A DNA stretch of 64,000 nucleotides from Opitutales bacterium (lineage in GTDB: Bacteria > Verrucomicrobiota > Verrucomicrobiia > Opitutales > Seribacteraceae), in NCBI GenBank assembly GCA_038152995.1, contig JAYOXT010000003.1, forward strand, positions 13,941 through 77,940, written 5' to 3'. This document shows, piece by piece, positions 54,196 through 63,680 of the stretch. The number at the start of each line of letters is the position of its first letter. Position 1 is the stretch's first letter. The notes beneath the pieces are model-generated. The model was not told where the DNA came from, ran no database searches, and saw only the letters and a list, made by a program, of their open reading frames with translations. Position numbers and translations under genes: made by a program.

Positions 54196-55128
54196 ATGAG
54201 CGAAGATCCCAAATCATCCACCAAATATGTTATGGTCGAGTCTGGCCCTCCATCCGATGAGGACGAGATCGACCTTCTTGAACTAATCCGCACCCTTCTG
54301 CAGGCATGGAAAACCATCGTGGGTATCACCATTCTTTGCACCGGTTTGGCCGTTGCCTATGCTCTTTATGCCCCGGAGGTCTTCAAGGCGGAAACCTTAT
54401 TGGCACCCGCTCAGGAAGAAAAATCGGGTGCATCCTCCGCCCTCAGTCAGTTTGGTGGTCTTGCCGCGATGGCAGGGATTTCCATTCCCAGCGATTCCAA
54501 TGTCGAACAGGTGGTTGCCACCTTAAATTCCCGAAAATTTCTCCGCACCTACATAAATCAAAATAAACTCATCCCCGTTTTATTTGATGAAATTTGGGAT
54601 GCTGATAAGCAGGCGTGGATGGTTCCATCCGCAGAGGATGAGCCCACCGAACAAAAAGCAATTGAATCTTTTAAAGCCTGTCTTTCCGTCGATGAAGACA
54701 AAAAATCAGGTCTCATCACCCTTTCGATTTCCTGGAAAGATCCGGAAGTTGCTGCCCAATGGGCCAATGATTTGGTCAAGCAGTTGAATGAACAACTCCG
54801 CGAGCAGGCAATTGCCGATTCCAAAAAACGGGTCGGGTACCTCGAGCAGGAATTAGCCAAGACGACCTTACAGGATATGCGAACCGTCCTCTACAACCTT
54901 CTTGAATCCGAGAAGCAAAAAGCCATGCTGGCCAATGTAAACGAAGACTTTGCTTTGGAAGTAATCGACCCCGCTGTCGCCCCCGAAACTCGCGAGAAGC
55001 CAAAGCGTAAACTTATTGTCGCCCTTGGTGGAGTATGTGGAGGGTTTCTTGGTATCTTTACTGTTTTCTTTGCTCAGTTCCTGCGAAAGTTAAAATCCAC
55101 AAATTCTGAAGCAGTCACGCATTCATGA
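54196..55128 (+). CDS. Wzz-type polysaccharide chain-length determinant (no C-terminal tyrosine-kinase domain)
   Basis: 'EIDLLELIRTLLQAWKTIVGITILCTGLAVAYALYAPEVFKAETLLAP' (Wzz N-terminal TM plus motif). A coiled periplasmic region, then a second TM 'LIVALGGVCGGFLGIFTVFF'. Confidence 0.75.
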   Translation: MSEDPKSSTKYVMVESGPPSDEDEIDLLELIRTLLQAWKTIVGITILCTGLAVAYALYAPEVFKAETLLAPAQEEKSGASSALSQFGGLAAMAGISIPSDSNVEQVVATLNSRKFLRTYINQNKLIPVLFDEIWDADKQAWMVPSAEDEPTEQKAIESFKACLSVDEDKKSGLITLSISWKDPEVAAQWANDLVKQLNEQLREQAIADSKKRVGYLEQELAKTTLQDMRTVLYNLLESEKQKAMLANVNEDFALEVIDPAVAPETREKPKRKLIVALGGVCGGFLGIFTVFFAQFLRKLKSTNSEAVTHS

Positions 55129-56405
55129 GTAAGCAGTTTTCCAAAATATCGGTCATTGGACTTGGTTATGTCGGCCTTCCCCTGTCGCTGCAGTTCGCCC
55201 GATCCGGGGTTTCGGTTCTTGGATTCGATCTCGATCAACAAAAGGTCGATTCGATCAATGCCGGAAAAACTTATCTGAAGCATTTTCCGTCGGAAAGCAT
55301 CGCCGAGCAGGTCGATGCTAACCGTTTGGAAGCCACGACCGATCCATCCCGACTGTCCGAAGTGGAAGCGATTCTTATTTGTGTGCCCACCCCTCTGGAT
55401 CATCATCGCGAACCCGATCTCTCCTTCGTATTGGATACCGCAAGAACGATTGCTCCACACCTTTCAAAAGGAGTGTTGGTTACCTTAGAGTCCACCACCT
55501 ATCCTGGGACCACCGAGGACGAACTTCGCATCGTTTTGGAGGAAGGTTCCGGAATGAAAGCAGGCACGGATTTTCACTTGGCTTACTCCCCTGAACGGGA
55601 AGATCCAGGCCGCGATGATGCGTCAGTCAAAACTATACCCAAGGTGGTCGGTGGATACACTGAAAAATGTGCGGAATTGGCTGAAGCTTTATATGGGCAA
55701 GCTTTGGATAAAATTCATCGGGTTTCTTCCTGCCGGGCAGCGGAGGCTACGAAACTTTTAGAAAATATTTTTCGCAGTGTAAACATCGCCTTGGTTAATG
55801 AGCTCAAGGTGGTTTACGAAGCCATGGGCATCGATGTGCATGAGGTAATCGATGCCGCTGCTACCAAACCCTTTGGCTTTATGGCATTCCGTCCTGGTCC
55901 CGGATTGGGCGGGCACTGCATCCCGATTGACCCTTTTTACTTAACCTGGAAAGCAAGAGAGTTTGGCAAGCATACCCGCTTTATTGAACTGGCAGGGGAG
56001 ATCAATACCGCTATGCCAGACTATGTAATATCAAAAGTCTCAGATGCTCTCAACGACGAGGGTAAAGCAATCAAAGGATCCAAAATTTTGATTCTTGGTC
56101 TAGCTTACAAGGCAAATGTCGATGACTGCCGGGAATCTCCCAGTTTTGTATTGATGGAGAAATTGGAAGCTAAGGGTGCCAAAGTAGAATATAATGATTC
56201 ATTTGTACCCGTTGTCCCGCCAACCAGAGAACATGCCCATTTTACTGGGAAAAAATCCGTGGAAATTGAGGATGCATATGACCTCATTTTGGTGTCCACC
56301 GATCATGCCGAATATAAAACTTTTGATTTCAGTGGTTATTCCTGCCCACTTGTCGATTCCCGTAACTGCATCCAGCATAAGCCAAAAAAATATTACCACG
56401 CTTGA
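55125..56405 (+). CDS. UDP-N-acetylhexosamine 6-dehydrogenase family (WbpA/TviB/WecC-like nucleotide-sugar dehydrogenase)
   Basis: 'ISVIGLGYVGLPLSLQFA', 'YSPEREDPG', 'GPGLGGHCIPIDPFYL', 'ILILGLAYKANVDDCRESP'. Confidence 0.8.
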   Translation: MSKQFSKISVIGLGYVGLPLSLQFARSGVSVLGFDLDQQKVDSINAGKTYLKHFPSESIAEQVDANRLEATTDPSRLSEVEAILICVPTPLDHHREPDLSFVLDTARTIAPHLSKGVLVTLESTTYPGTTEDELRIVLEEGSGMKAGTDFHLAYSPEREDPGRDDASVKTIPKVVGGYTEKCAELAEALYGQALDKIHRVSSCRAAEATKLLENIFRSVNIALVNELKVVYEAMGIDVHEVIDAAATKPFGFMAFRPGPGLGGHCIPIDPFYLTWKAREFGKHTRFIELAGEINTAMPDYVISKVSDALNDEGKAIKGSKILILGLAYKANVDDCRESPSFVLMEKLEAKGAKVEYNDSFVPVVPPTREHAHFTGKKSVEIEDAYDLILVSTDHAEYKTFDFSGYSCPLVDSRNCIQHKPKKYYHA

Positions 56406-57388
56406 GTAAAAAATATTTAGTTACTGGTGCCGCGGGGTTTATTGCCTCGCAAGTCAGTATGCAATTGCTTGATCAGGGTGATCATGTCGTAGGCGTGGAT
56501 AATCTTAACGATTACTACGATGTGCGGCTAAAAAACTGGAGACTCGAGCAACTAAAATCTCACCCCCATGCAGAGAACTTTTCTTTTGCGGATATAGATA
56601 TCGAAGATCAAGCAAAGCTAAGGGGTCTTTTTAAGGTAGAGGGCCCATTTGATGCCGTGCTTAACTTGGCTGCCCGTGCTGGAGTTCGTTACAGCATGGA
56701 AAACCCTCATGTATACCTTTCCACCAATGCCGAAGGTACCCTCAACCTACTCGAGTGTATGCGGGTTCATGGGTGTAAAAAACTTGTCCTTGCTTCCACA
56801 TCCTCCCTTTATGCCGGTCAAAAAATGCCCTTTACCGAGGACTTGGCTGTGAATGAGCCTCTATCTCCTTATGCTGCCTCCAAGAAAGCCGGCGAACTGA
56901 TGGCTTACAGCTATCATAAGCTTTACCAGATGGATGTATCCGTGGTGCGCTATTTTACGGTTTTTGGACCCGCCGGTCGTCCAGATATGTCCCCTTATCG
57001 ATTCATTAAATGGATCGCCGAGGAAGAAACTATTCAAATGTTTGGAGATGGGTCGCAATCCCGTGATTTTACTTATGTGGATGATATAGCTCGGGGAACC
57101 ATTGCTGCCATTCAGGATGTGGGTTATGAAATTATCAACCTTGGAGGTGGTAGAAATCCTGTTTCCTTAAACACCATTATTTCCAAGCTCGAAGAGCTGC
57201 TGGGCAAAAAAGCAAAGATTGATCACAAACCTTTTCATGTGGCTGACCTAATGGAGACTTGGGCAGATATTTCCAAGGCTAAAAATTTATTGGGTTGGGA
57301 ACCGCAGGTTTCGCTTGATGAAGGGCTCGAGAAATCAGTTCAATGGTATATGGATAACCAACATTGGCTCAAGGAGGTACAGGTCTGA
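56402..57388 (+). CDS. NAD-dependent uronic-acid nucleotide-sugar 4-epimerase family (UDP-glucuronate/UDP-GlcNAcA 4-epimerase-like)
   Basis: 'YLVTGAAGFIASQV', 'DNLNDYYDVRLKNWRL', 'LAARAGVRYSMENP', 'YAASKKAGELMAYSYHKLY', 'RYFTVFGPAGRPDMSPYRF', 'RDFTYVDDI'. Confidence 0.75.
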   Translation: MSKKYLVTGAAGFIASQVSMQLLDQGDHVVGVDNLNDYYDVRLKNWRLEQLKSHPHAENFSFADIDIEDQAKLRGLFKVEGPFDAVLNLAARAGVRYSMENPHVYLSTNAEGTLNLLECMRVHGCKKLVLASTSSLYAGQKMPFTEDLAVNEPLSPYAASKKAGELMAYSYHKLYQMDVSVVRYFTVFGPAGRPDMSPYRFIKWIAEEETIQMFGDGSQSRDFTYVDDIARGTIAAIQDVGYEIINLGGGRNPVSLNTIISKLEELLGKKAKIDHKPFHVADLMETWADISKAKNLLGWEPQVSLDEGLEKSVQWYMDNQHWLKEVQV

Positions 57389-58383
57389 GTAATACACCAC
57401 AGATTGCTCTCGTAGGCTGCGGGTACTGGGGGAAAAACCTCTGTCGGAATTTTCATGCTTTGGGGGCTCTCTCTTCCGTTGTCGATGCCACGGAGAACGG
57501 GCAGACCACTGCCCGATCCATTGGTCCTGATGCACAAATAACCAATAGCTTGGATGATGTACTGAGCGATGATCAAATTCAGGGCGTTGCCCTGGCTACC
57601 CCTGCAGAGACCCATGCTGAGTTAGCGATCCAAGCCATGCAGACAGGCAAAGATGTCTTTGTCGAAAAACCTATGGCCCTGACTCTGGAAGATGCCGAAA
57701 AGATGAAAATGGTAGCGGAGGAAACAGGACGCATTCTTATGGTCGGTCATCTCCTGGAATACCACCCTGCGGTTCTTAAACTTCGAGAAATGATCGCTTC
57801 CGGAGAGTTAGGGACAATCAATTATATATACTCCAACCGTTTGAACTTTGGGAAGGTGCGGACCGAGGAAAATGCCCTCTGGAGTTTCGCTCCCCATGAT
57901 GTAGCGGTCATTCTTCGTTTGATGGGACAGGCACCCGTTGAGGTTTCCGCATGTGGTGGATCTTACCTGACCAATGGAATTGCAGATACCACTCTGTCCA
58001 ACCTGAGGTTCAAAAACGAATCCCGGGCTCATATTTTTGTCAGTTGGTTAAACCCATCCAAGGAGCAACGTCTCGTGGTTGTGGGGGATAAAAAGATGGC
58101 AATCTTTAATGATGTCGCTCCCTTTGGAGAAAAACTTCAATTATACCCACAAAATGTCGAGTTCGATGGGCCAATGCCCATTCTCAAAAAAGAAGATGCT
58201 CAATTTGTCGAACACGCAAATACCGAGCCTCTTCGAGAAGAATGCAACCATTTCCTGGATTGCATCCAATCCAGAAACCAACCGCTAACCAATGCCCAAT
58301 CAGGAATAGATGTATTAAAAGTTCTGCACGCCTGCCAGCAGAGCATTGAACAAAATGGAGTACCAGTTTCAATAAGGAATTAA
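57364..58383 (+). CDS. Gfo/Idh/MocA-family oxidoreductase (WbpB/WlbA-like 3-dehydrogenase candidate)
   Basis: 'IALVGCGYWGKNLCRNF', 'ATPAETHAELAIQAMQTGKDVFVEKPMA'. Its genomic context includes WbpA/D/E/I-type genes. The TTG start overlaps the preceding gene by 25 nt. Confidence 0.65.
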   Translation: MAQGGTGLSNTPQIALVGCGYWGKNLCRNFHALGALSSVVDATENGQTTARSIGPDAQITNSLDDVLSDDQIQGVALATPAETHAELAIQAMQTGKDVFVEKPMALTLEDAEKMKMVAEETGRILMVGHLLEYHPAVLKLREMIASGELGTINYIYSNRLNFGKVRTEENALWSFAPHDVAVILRLMGQAPVEVSACGGSYLTNGIADTTLSNLRFKNESRAHIFVSWLNPSKEQRLVVVGDKKMAIFNDVAPFGEKLQLYPQNVEFDGPMPILKKEDAQFVEHANTEPLREECNHFLDCIQSRNQPLTNAQSGIDVLKVLHACQQSIEQNGVPVSIRN

Positions 58384-58385
58384 AG

Positions 58386-58916
58386 TTGAAAACTCTAAAT
58401 GAGATGCTCGGCATGACTTATCATAAGTCGCCTTTGCGTATGAAAATGCTTCGCTTAGGATTACTTGACCCCAAGCAATGGCAGACCCTCGCAGTTCAAA
58501 GAGGTTGTGACCACTATCCTGCAGTAACTGATCAAGTAGAAGATCCTGGGACAAGTGTTCTTTCCAATGAAGAGTTAGCACTCTCATTACTCTTAGGAGA
58601 ACTCCCGTATGACCCGCAAGCTATTCGCGTTTCTGCCCGATTACTTTCTGGTAATGTAAATGTTATCAAAATTCTTCGGATTGCTGAGTTAGAGAGGCTC
58701 AAACCATTATTGCACCGTTTAGCCAAAGATATTCTGAGTTTCGGTCTCGAACACAAAAACTGGAAAGAGATTTTCGATGCAACCTTTGAGAAAGATTTTC
58801 CTGAAGGCGTTCTTCCGCATCCAACCAGATATGTGGTAGATCAGGGAAATTATGTGCCTGAAAACCAACGCTATCGCATTCTTGCTCCTAAAAGAATTTC
58901 ATTGCGAGAAGTGTGA
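58386..58916 (+). CDS. Hypothetical protein (176 aa), no recognisable motif
   Basis: It is the only long ORF filling the 580-nt gap between the WbpB-like and WbpD-like genes, on the same strand. The start is uncertain (TTG at 58386 or ATG at 58404/58413). Confidence 0.45.
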   Translation: MKTLNEMLGMTYHKSPLRMKMLRLGLLDPKQWQTLAVQRGCDHYPAVTDQVEDPGTSVLSNEELALSLLLGELPYDPQAIRVSARLLSGNVNVIKILRIAELERLKPLLHRLAKDILSFGLEHKNWKEIFDATFEKDFPEGVLPHPTRYVVDQGNYVPENQRYRILAPKRISLREV

Positions 58917-58964
58917 AGCCTTACCAATCCTTTGCCTTTATTAATTTTCCTTCGCTAAAGAACC

Positions 58965-59612
58965 TTGTCTAATTCTTTAAAAATTCATCCATCCGCAGTT
59001 GTGGATCAGGGGGCAGTCATTGGTGACGGTACGGCCATCTGGCATTTTTCTCATATTTGTGCGGGTGCAGTAATCGGAAACAACTGTTCGCTCGGTCAAA
59101 ATGTATTGGTAGCAGACAAAGCACTCCTTGGAAACAATGTGAAGGTACAAAACAATGTTGCGATCTACGGTGGTATAATCGTAGAGGACGATGTCTTCCT
59201 CGGACCTTCTTGCGTGCTCACCAATGTGACCAATCCCCGTTCGCAAGTGAGCCGAAAATCACTTTACGAAAAAACCCTGATCAAGCGAGGAGCAACGATA
59301 GGGGCCAATGCCACCATAGTCTGTGGAATTACCCTCGGTCGCTACTGCTTTGTCGGTGCTGGTGCCGTCATCACAAAAGATATTCCAGATTATGGGTTGG
59401 TATTAGGCAACCCTGGCAAATTATCTGGTTACATGAGTCGCCATGGGCACAAGCTTACTTTTAATGAGTCGAGTAGGGCAACCTGTCCAGAATCAAAGTT
59501 CGTGTACGAAAAAGCAGACTATCAAGTCAGATGTCTTGATCTTGATGAAGAAAAACCACTTCCAGACGAACTTTCAGTAGGCTCTGATACTTATGATTCC
59601 TTTAAGAACTAG
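58965..59612 (+). CDS. Left-handed beta-helix N-acetyltransferase (WbpD/WlbB-like)
   Basis: Hexapeptide repeats '[64 protein letters not shown]...' and '[44 protein letters not shown]'. Confidence 0.8.
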   Translation: MSNSLKIHPSAVVDQGAVIGDGTAIWHFSHICAGAVIGNNCSLGQNVLVADKALLGNNVKVQNNVAIYGGIIVEDDVFLGPSCVLTNVTNPRSQVSRKSLYEKTLIKRGATIGANATIVCGITLGRYCFVGAGAVITKDIPDYGLVLGNPGKLSGYMSRHGHKLTFNESSRATCPESKFVYEKADYQVRCLDLDEEKPLPDELSVGSDTYDSFKN

Positions 59613-59662
59613 TTCATTCGGTCGAATGTCGAGCAGTACAACGAAATTTATCTGTATTTTTA

Positions 59663-59899
59663 ATGGAAGATAACGAGGTAACAGGTGAAACTGCTTACCT
59701 CTTGCAATCACCCGCAAATACTAGGCATTTACTAGAATCAATCGAAGAAGTTAAAAAAGCCTCTATGAAGGAAGTTTCCATAGATTCACTCTTAAAGTCT
59801 CACAAACAAAGAAATTTTGGTCTGCTTAAAGATACTATCAAATTACCCGATGATTTTGGTGAACTTGATGATGAAATTACAGAATTACTTACTGATTAA
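59663..59899 (+). CDS. Orphan antitoxin-like small protein (YefM/Phd C-terminal-like motif plus a 'FG.LK..I.L.DDF'-type antitoxin tail)
   Basis: 'GETAYLLQSPANTRHLLESIEE' resembles the YefM segment '[22 protein letters not shown]'. 'FGLLKDTIKLPDDFGELDDEITELL' resembles C-terminal tails of some PIN-associated antitoxins. The N-terminal Phd/YefM DNA-binding half is absent. No toxin ORF is adjacent. Confidence 0.5.
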   Translation: MEDNEVTGETAYLLQSPANTRHLLESIEEVKKASMKEVSIDSLLKSHKQRNFGLLKDTIKLPDDFGELDDEITELLTD

Positions 59900-59978
59900 T
59901 CAGCTCGAATGTCCTCATGTTAAATTCAGCCTTTATAGATTTAAAACTCTCATTGGTTTTCTTTAATTTATCATCAAT

Positions 59979-60980
59979 TTGAAAATAGCCCTTATCACCG
60001 GAATTACCGGGCAGGACGGTTCTTATCTCACAGAATTGCTTTTGGAAAAAGGATACTCTGTGCATGGTGTTGTTCGGCGGTCCAGTTCGATGAACCGTTG
60101 GCGGATCGACCACCTAGTCCAAGATGAAAATATTTATGGTAAGTCGCTGTTTTTACATTATGCCGATTTGTCCGATGATGCATCTCTCCGCAGAATTTTC
60201 TCCAAAGTAAATCCAGATGAAGTCTATCACTTGGCTGGACAAAGCCATGTGGCCTTGAGCTTTGAGATTCCTGAACTGACTACGCATGAAATCGCCAATG
60301 CGACCCTCAAACTTTTGGAGATTTGCCGGGATCAGGAAAAACCGCCCAAAATCTACCTCGCCGGTTCCTCAGAAATCTTTGGTCATGCACAAGAATCCAT
60401 TCAGACAGAAGAGACTCCGTTTAACCCAACCTCTCCCTACGGGGTATGCAAAGCATTCTGTGTCCAAATGGGTAAGGTTTACCGGTCTGGATATGATATG
60501 CATGTATCCAATGGCATACTTTATAATCATGAATCTCCCCGTCGTGGAGAAAACTTTGTTACCCAAAAAATTATTCGGGGAGCGGCATCCATCGCCCAAG
60601 GAAAGACGGAATTTTTAGAACTTGGTAATTTGAATATTGAGCGGGACTGGGGATATGCACCGGATTATGTTGAGGGCATGTGGATGATGCTCCAGCAGGA
60701 ACAAGCAGATGATTATATTTTAGCCACTGGAAAAACGTACAAGCTTTCTGATTTCCTCCAACTTTCTTTCAAATATTTTGGACTCGATCATCAGAAACAT
60801 ATCCGGATTAACCCGAAGTTTGTTCGTCCAAATGAACCCGTTCATCTCTGTGGCGATTCATCCAAGGCTCAAAATATACTTGGATGGAAGCCATCTGTGA
60901 GCTTTGAACAAATAATAAAGAGCATGTGCGAGGCCTCCGAAAAAAAGCAATTAACCTTGAAAATCTTAAATCAAAAATAA
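59979..60980 (+). CDS. gmd: GDP-mannose 4,6-dehydratase
   Basis: 'KIALITGITGQDGSYLTELLLEKGYSVHGVVRRSSSMN', 'SPYGVCKAF', 'NGILYNHESPRRGENFVTQKI', 'LGNLNIERDWGYAPDYVEGMW'. TTG start. Confidence 0.9.
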   Translation: MKIALITGITGQDGSYLTELLLEKGYSVHGVVRRSSSMNRWRIDHLVQDENIYGKSLFLHYADLSDDASLRRIFSKVNPDEVYHLAGQSHVALSFEIPELTTHEIANATLKLLEICRDQEKPPKIYLAGSSEIFGHAQESIQTEETPFNPTSPYGVCKAFCVQMGKVYRSGYDMHVSNGILYNHESPRRGENFVTQKIIRGAASIAQGKTEFLELGNLNIERDWGYAPDYVEGMWMMLQQEQADDYILATGKTYKLSDFLQLSFKYFGLDHQKHIRINPKFVRPNEPVHLCGDSSKAQNILGWKPSVSFEQIIKSMCEASEKKQLTLKILNQK

Positions 60981-60995
60981 AATATTCAAGGTATT

Positions 60996-62147
60996 ATGAT
61001 TAAGCGCGCCGATAAACTAAACCAAATTAAAAGTGGTTTCGATCGGTCCCCGATTGTATCCATCACAGGGCTTAGGCAATCGGGTAAAACTACCTTGGCT
61101 AAAGATTTTGCGTCTCAGTACCAAGGTTCCTGTACTCATTTTGACTTAGAGGATCCTCGATCCCTTGCTCGTTTGTCAGAACCAATGACGGCATTGGAGA
61201 ACTTATCAGGCCTTGTTGTAATTGATGAAGTTCAAAGACTTCCTGCAATCTTTCCAGTTTTACGAGTTCTTGCGGATCGCAAAGAAAAACCTGCCTGCTT
61301 TCTGCTTTTGGGAAGTGCCTCCCCACTTTTGATTAAAGAAATTTCTGAATCCTTGGCTGGTCGGGTCGCACTTTTGGAGATGGATGGATTCAATCTTATG
61401 GAAGTGGGGAGTGCAGAGTCCAAGGTTTTATGGAATCGGGGTGGATTACCTCCATCCTTTCTTGCTGGTTCAGATACCAGTAGTCTGCAGTGGCGTAAGG
61501 ATTTCATGACCCTTTTTGTTGAGCGTGACCTTCCGCAGTTTGGAGTTACTTTTCCATCTGCAGCGATGAGGCGATTTTGGGCAATGCTTGCCCATTATCA
61601 TGCTCAAACATGGAACGCCTCAGAATTGGCAAAATCCTTTGATGTTTCCCAGGCAATAATTCGAAAAAAATTGGATATTCTTACGGGGGCCTTCGCCATC
61701 AGGCAACTACCTGCTTGGTATGAGAATTTAGGAAAAAGAACCGTTAAATCTCCCAAGATTTATCTAAGAGATAGTGGACTGCTCCATGCTTTGCTCGATT
61801 TATCCACCTTCGATCAACTTGAGTCCCACCCGAAGTTGGGGTCATCCTGGGAGGGTTTCTGTATCGAGCAAGTTCTATCCATCACCGGCTCCTCGAATGC
61901 TTATTTTTGGGCTACCCATGCCGGGGCTGAGCTTGATCTGTTTCTTCTCCACAAAGGAAAGCGAATTGGTGTTGAGATTAAATATTCCGATGGACCAAGT
62001 ACCACACGCTCAATGAGGCAAGCCTTGGAAGATTTATCTTTGGATCATCTCTTCGTGGTCTATCCAGGAAAAGAGGACTATCCATTGGACAAAAACATCA
62101 CCGTCACCTCCTTGCCCTCTCTTCTATCTAAACTAGGAGGCCTTTAG
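60996..62147 (+). CDS. AAA-type ATPase with a C-terminal DUF4143-like domain (COG1373 type)
   Basis: Walker A 'ITGLRQSGKTTLAKDF', Walker B 'LVVIDEVQRLP', 'LLLGSASP'. The C-terminal half with 'GSSWEGFCIEQVL...WATHAGAELDLFL...GVEIKYSD' is typical of the nuclease-like DUF4143 region. Confidence 0.7.
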   Translation: MIKRADKLNQIKSGFDRSPIVSITGLRQSGKTTLAKDFASQYQGSCTHFDLEDPRSLARLSEPMTALENLSGLVVIDEVQRLPAIFPVLRVLADRKEKPACFLLLGSASPLLIKEISESLAGRVALLEMDGFNLMEVGSAESKVLWNRGGLPPSFLAGSDTSSLQWRKDFMTLFVERDLPQFGVTFPSAAMRRFWAMLAHYHAQTWNASELAKSFDVSQAIIRKKLDILTGAFAIRQLPAWYENLGKRTVKSPKIYLRDSGLLHALLDLSTFDQLESHPKLGSSWEGFCIEQVLSITGSSNAYFWATHAGAELDLFLLHKGKRIGVEIKYSDGPSTTRSMRQALEDLSLDHLFVVYPGKEDYPLDKNITVTSLPSLLSKLGGL

Positions 62148-62166
62148 GGAGCTTCCCGTTTCTCAT

Positions 62167-62514
62167 ATGTCCGATAACCAAAAAGACAAAGCCACTCATT
62201 CAATGAAGGTGCTCAAAGGACCCAAGCAAATCGAGAGAGAAAAAACAGAAACTATTTGGGATCGGTTCGACCGTTTACAGAGTAGTCTGGCACCCTTACG
62301 AAAAGGAAAACATATCAAGAAAGGGGTTCATCGTATCAAAAGAGAGGATGAAACAAAATCTATGGTTACTAAAAAGAAGACCATAACTGGAAAAGAACTA
62401 GCAAAACTTTGGAAAGGAAAGCTTCGTATATCCAATGAAAATGCCGAAGATTGGTTAAACATCATTAAAGAAGTTCGTTCCAAACAAAAACTTCCCGACA
62501 TCAAATGGGATTAG
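62167..62514 (+). CDS. Basic hypothetical protein (115 aa)
   Basis: An ORF with an ATG start 20 nt after the ATPase gene, Lys/Arg-rich. The C-terminal 'NAEDWLNIIKEVRSKQKLPDIKWD' is vaguely antitoxin-tail-like. No firm motif. Confidence 0.4.
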   Translation: MSDNQKDKATHSMKVLKGPKQIEREKTETIWDRFDRLQSSLAPLRKGKHIKKGVHRIKREDETKSMVTKKKTITGKELAKLWKGKLRISNENAEDWLNIIKEVRSKQKLPDIKWD

Positions 62515-62538
62515 ATAAGATCTTCAGAAGTAAAATTT

Positions 62539-63639
62539 ATGCAATTCATTGATTTAAAAACCAGGCACCAATTGATCGGAGACAAGATTAATGCCCGTAT
62601 TCAAAAGGTGATGGATCATGGCCAATTTATATTGGGTCCAGAAGTCCGAGAGGTAGAGGAAAAACTGGCTCAATACACCGGTTCCAAGCACTGCGTAACT
62701 GTATCCAGTGGTACCGATTCCTTGCTTATTGCTTTAATGGCACTGAGCGTGGGGGCAGGGGATGAGGTCATCACGGTTCCCTACACATGGATCTCCACTG
62801 CTGAAGTCATTGCACTTCTTGGGGCCAAACCTGTATTTGTGGATATTCGTCCAGACACCTGGAATATGGATGAGGCTCTATTGGAAGCTGCCATTACCGA
62901 TAAGACCAAAGCAATTATGCCAGTATCCATCTACGGACAATGCCCGGATATGGATGCCATCAACGAGGTGGCAAAGAAATACAACTTACCTGTTATCGAA
63001 GATGCCGCACAAAGCTTTGGTGCAACCTACAAAGGTAAAAAATCCTGTAATCTAACAACCATCGGCAGCACATCCTTTTTTCCATCCAAACCACTCGGTT
63101 GTTATGGTGATGGGGGTGCCTTATTCACCAATGATGGTGAGTTGGCAGAAAAGTTCCGCTGGATTCGGGTACACGGACAGGAACGCAAGCATCACCACCC
63201 CATTTTAGGGATTAATGGACGTATGGACACCATACAGGCAGCCATCCTTTTAGAAATTTTGGAAGTGTTTCCGGATGAAGTCAATAAGCGGGAGAATCTT
63301 GGCCAAACTTACTCAGAAGGGCTAGCCGATTTTGAGGGTCTGGAAACCCCGAGCATTGGAGAGCATAACACTTCGGTCTATGCCCAGTATACGATTCTAG
63401 CTGAACAACGAGAAAAGATTCAAAAATCTCTCATAGTAAAAGAGATTCCATCGGTTTCCTACTACTCTGTTCCTCTTCACCTACAGCCGGTCTTTGTAAA
63501 TCTCGGACATAAGGAAGGAGATTTCCCTGTTGCTGAAAAAGTGGCTAACCAATGCCTAAGTTTACCCATGAGTCCCTACCTAACACAGGAAGATCAGTCA
63601 AAAGTTATCGAAGTAATTCTAGGGCATCAAGAAACATGA
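62539..63639 (+). CDS. DegT/DnrJ/EryC1-family PLP aminotransferase (WbpE-like)
   Basis: 'MQFIDLKTRHQLIGDKINARIQKVMDHGQFILGPEVREVEEKLAQYTGSKHCVTVSSGTDSL', 'VPYTWISTAE', 'EDAAQSFGA', 'SFFPSKPLGCYGDGGA'. Confidence 0.85.
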   Translation: MQFIDLKTRHQLIGDKINARIQKVMDHGQFILGPEVREVEEKLAQYTGSKHCVTVSSGTDSLLIALMALSVGAGDEVITVPYTWISTAEVIALLGAKPVFVDIRPDTWNMDEALLEAAITDKTKAIMPVSIYGQCPDMDAINEVAKKYNLPVIEDAAQSFGATYKGKKSCNLTTIGSTSFFPSKPLGCYGDGGALFTNDGELAEKFRWIRVHGQERKHHHPILGINGRMDTIQAAILLEILEVFPDEVNKRENLGQTYSEGLADFEGLETPSIGEHNTSVYAQYTILAEQREKIQKSLIVKEIPSVSYYSVPLHLQPVFVNLGHKEGDFPVAEKVANQCLSLPMSPYLTQEDQSKVIEVILGHQET

Positions 63640-63680
63640 AACCTTTTTAGAATAGGAATATAATAAATTATATAAAATAA

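Noticed and set aside
59889-60113. 74-aa minus-strand ORF as a potential toxin partner of the antitoxin-like ORF
   Set aside because: It is antisense to the well-supported N-terminus of gmd, has the wrong orientation for a TA operon, and shows no toxin motifs.
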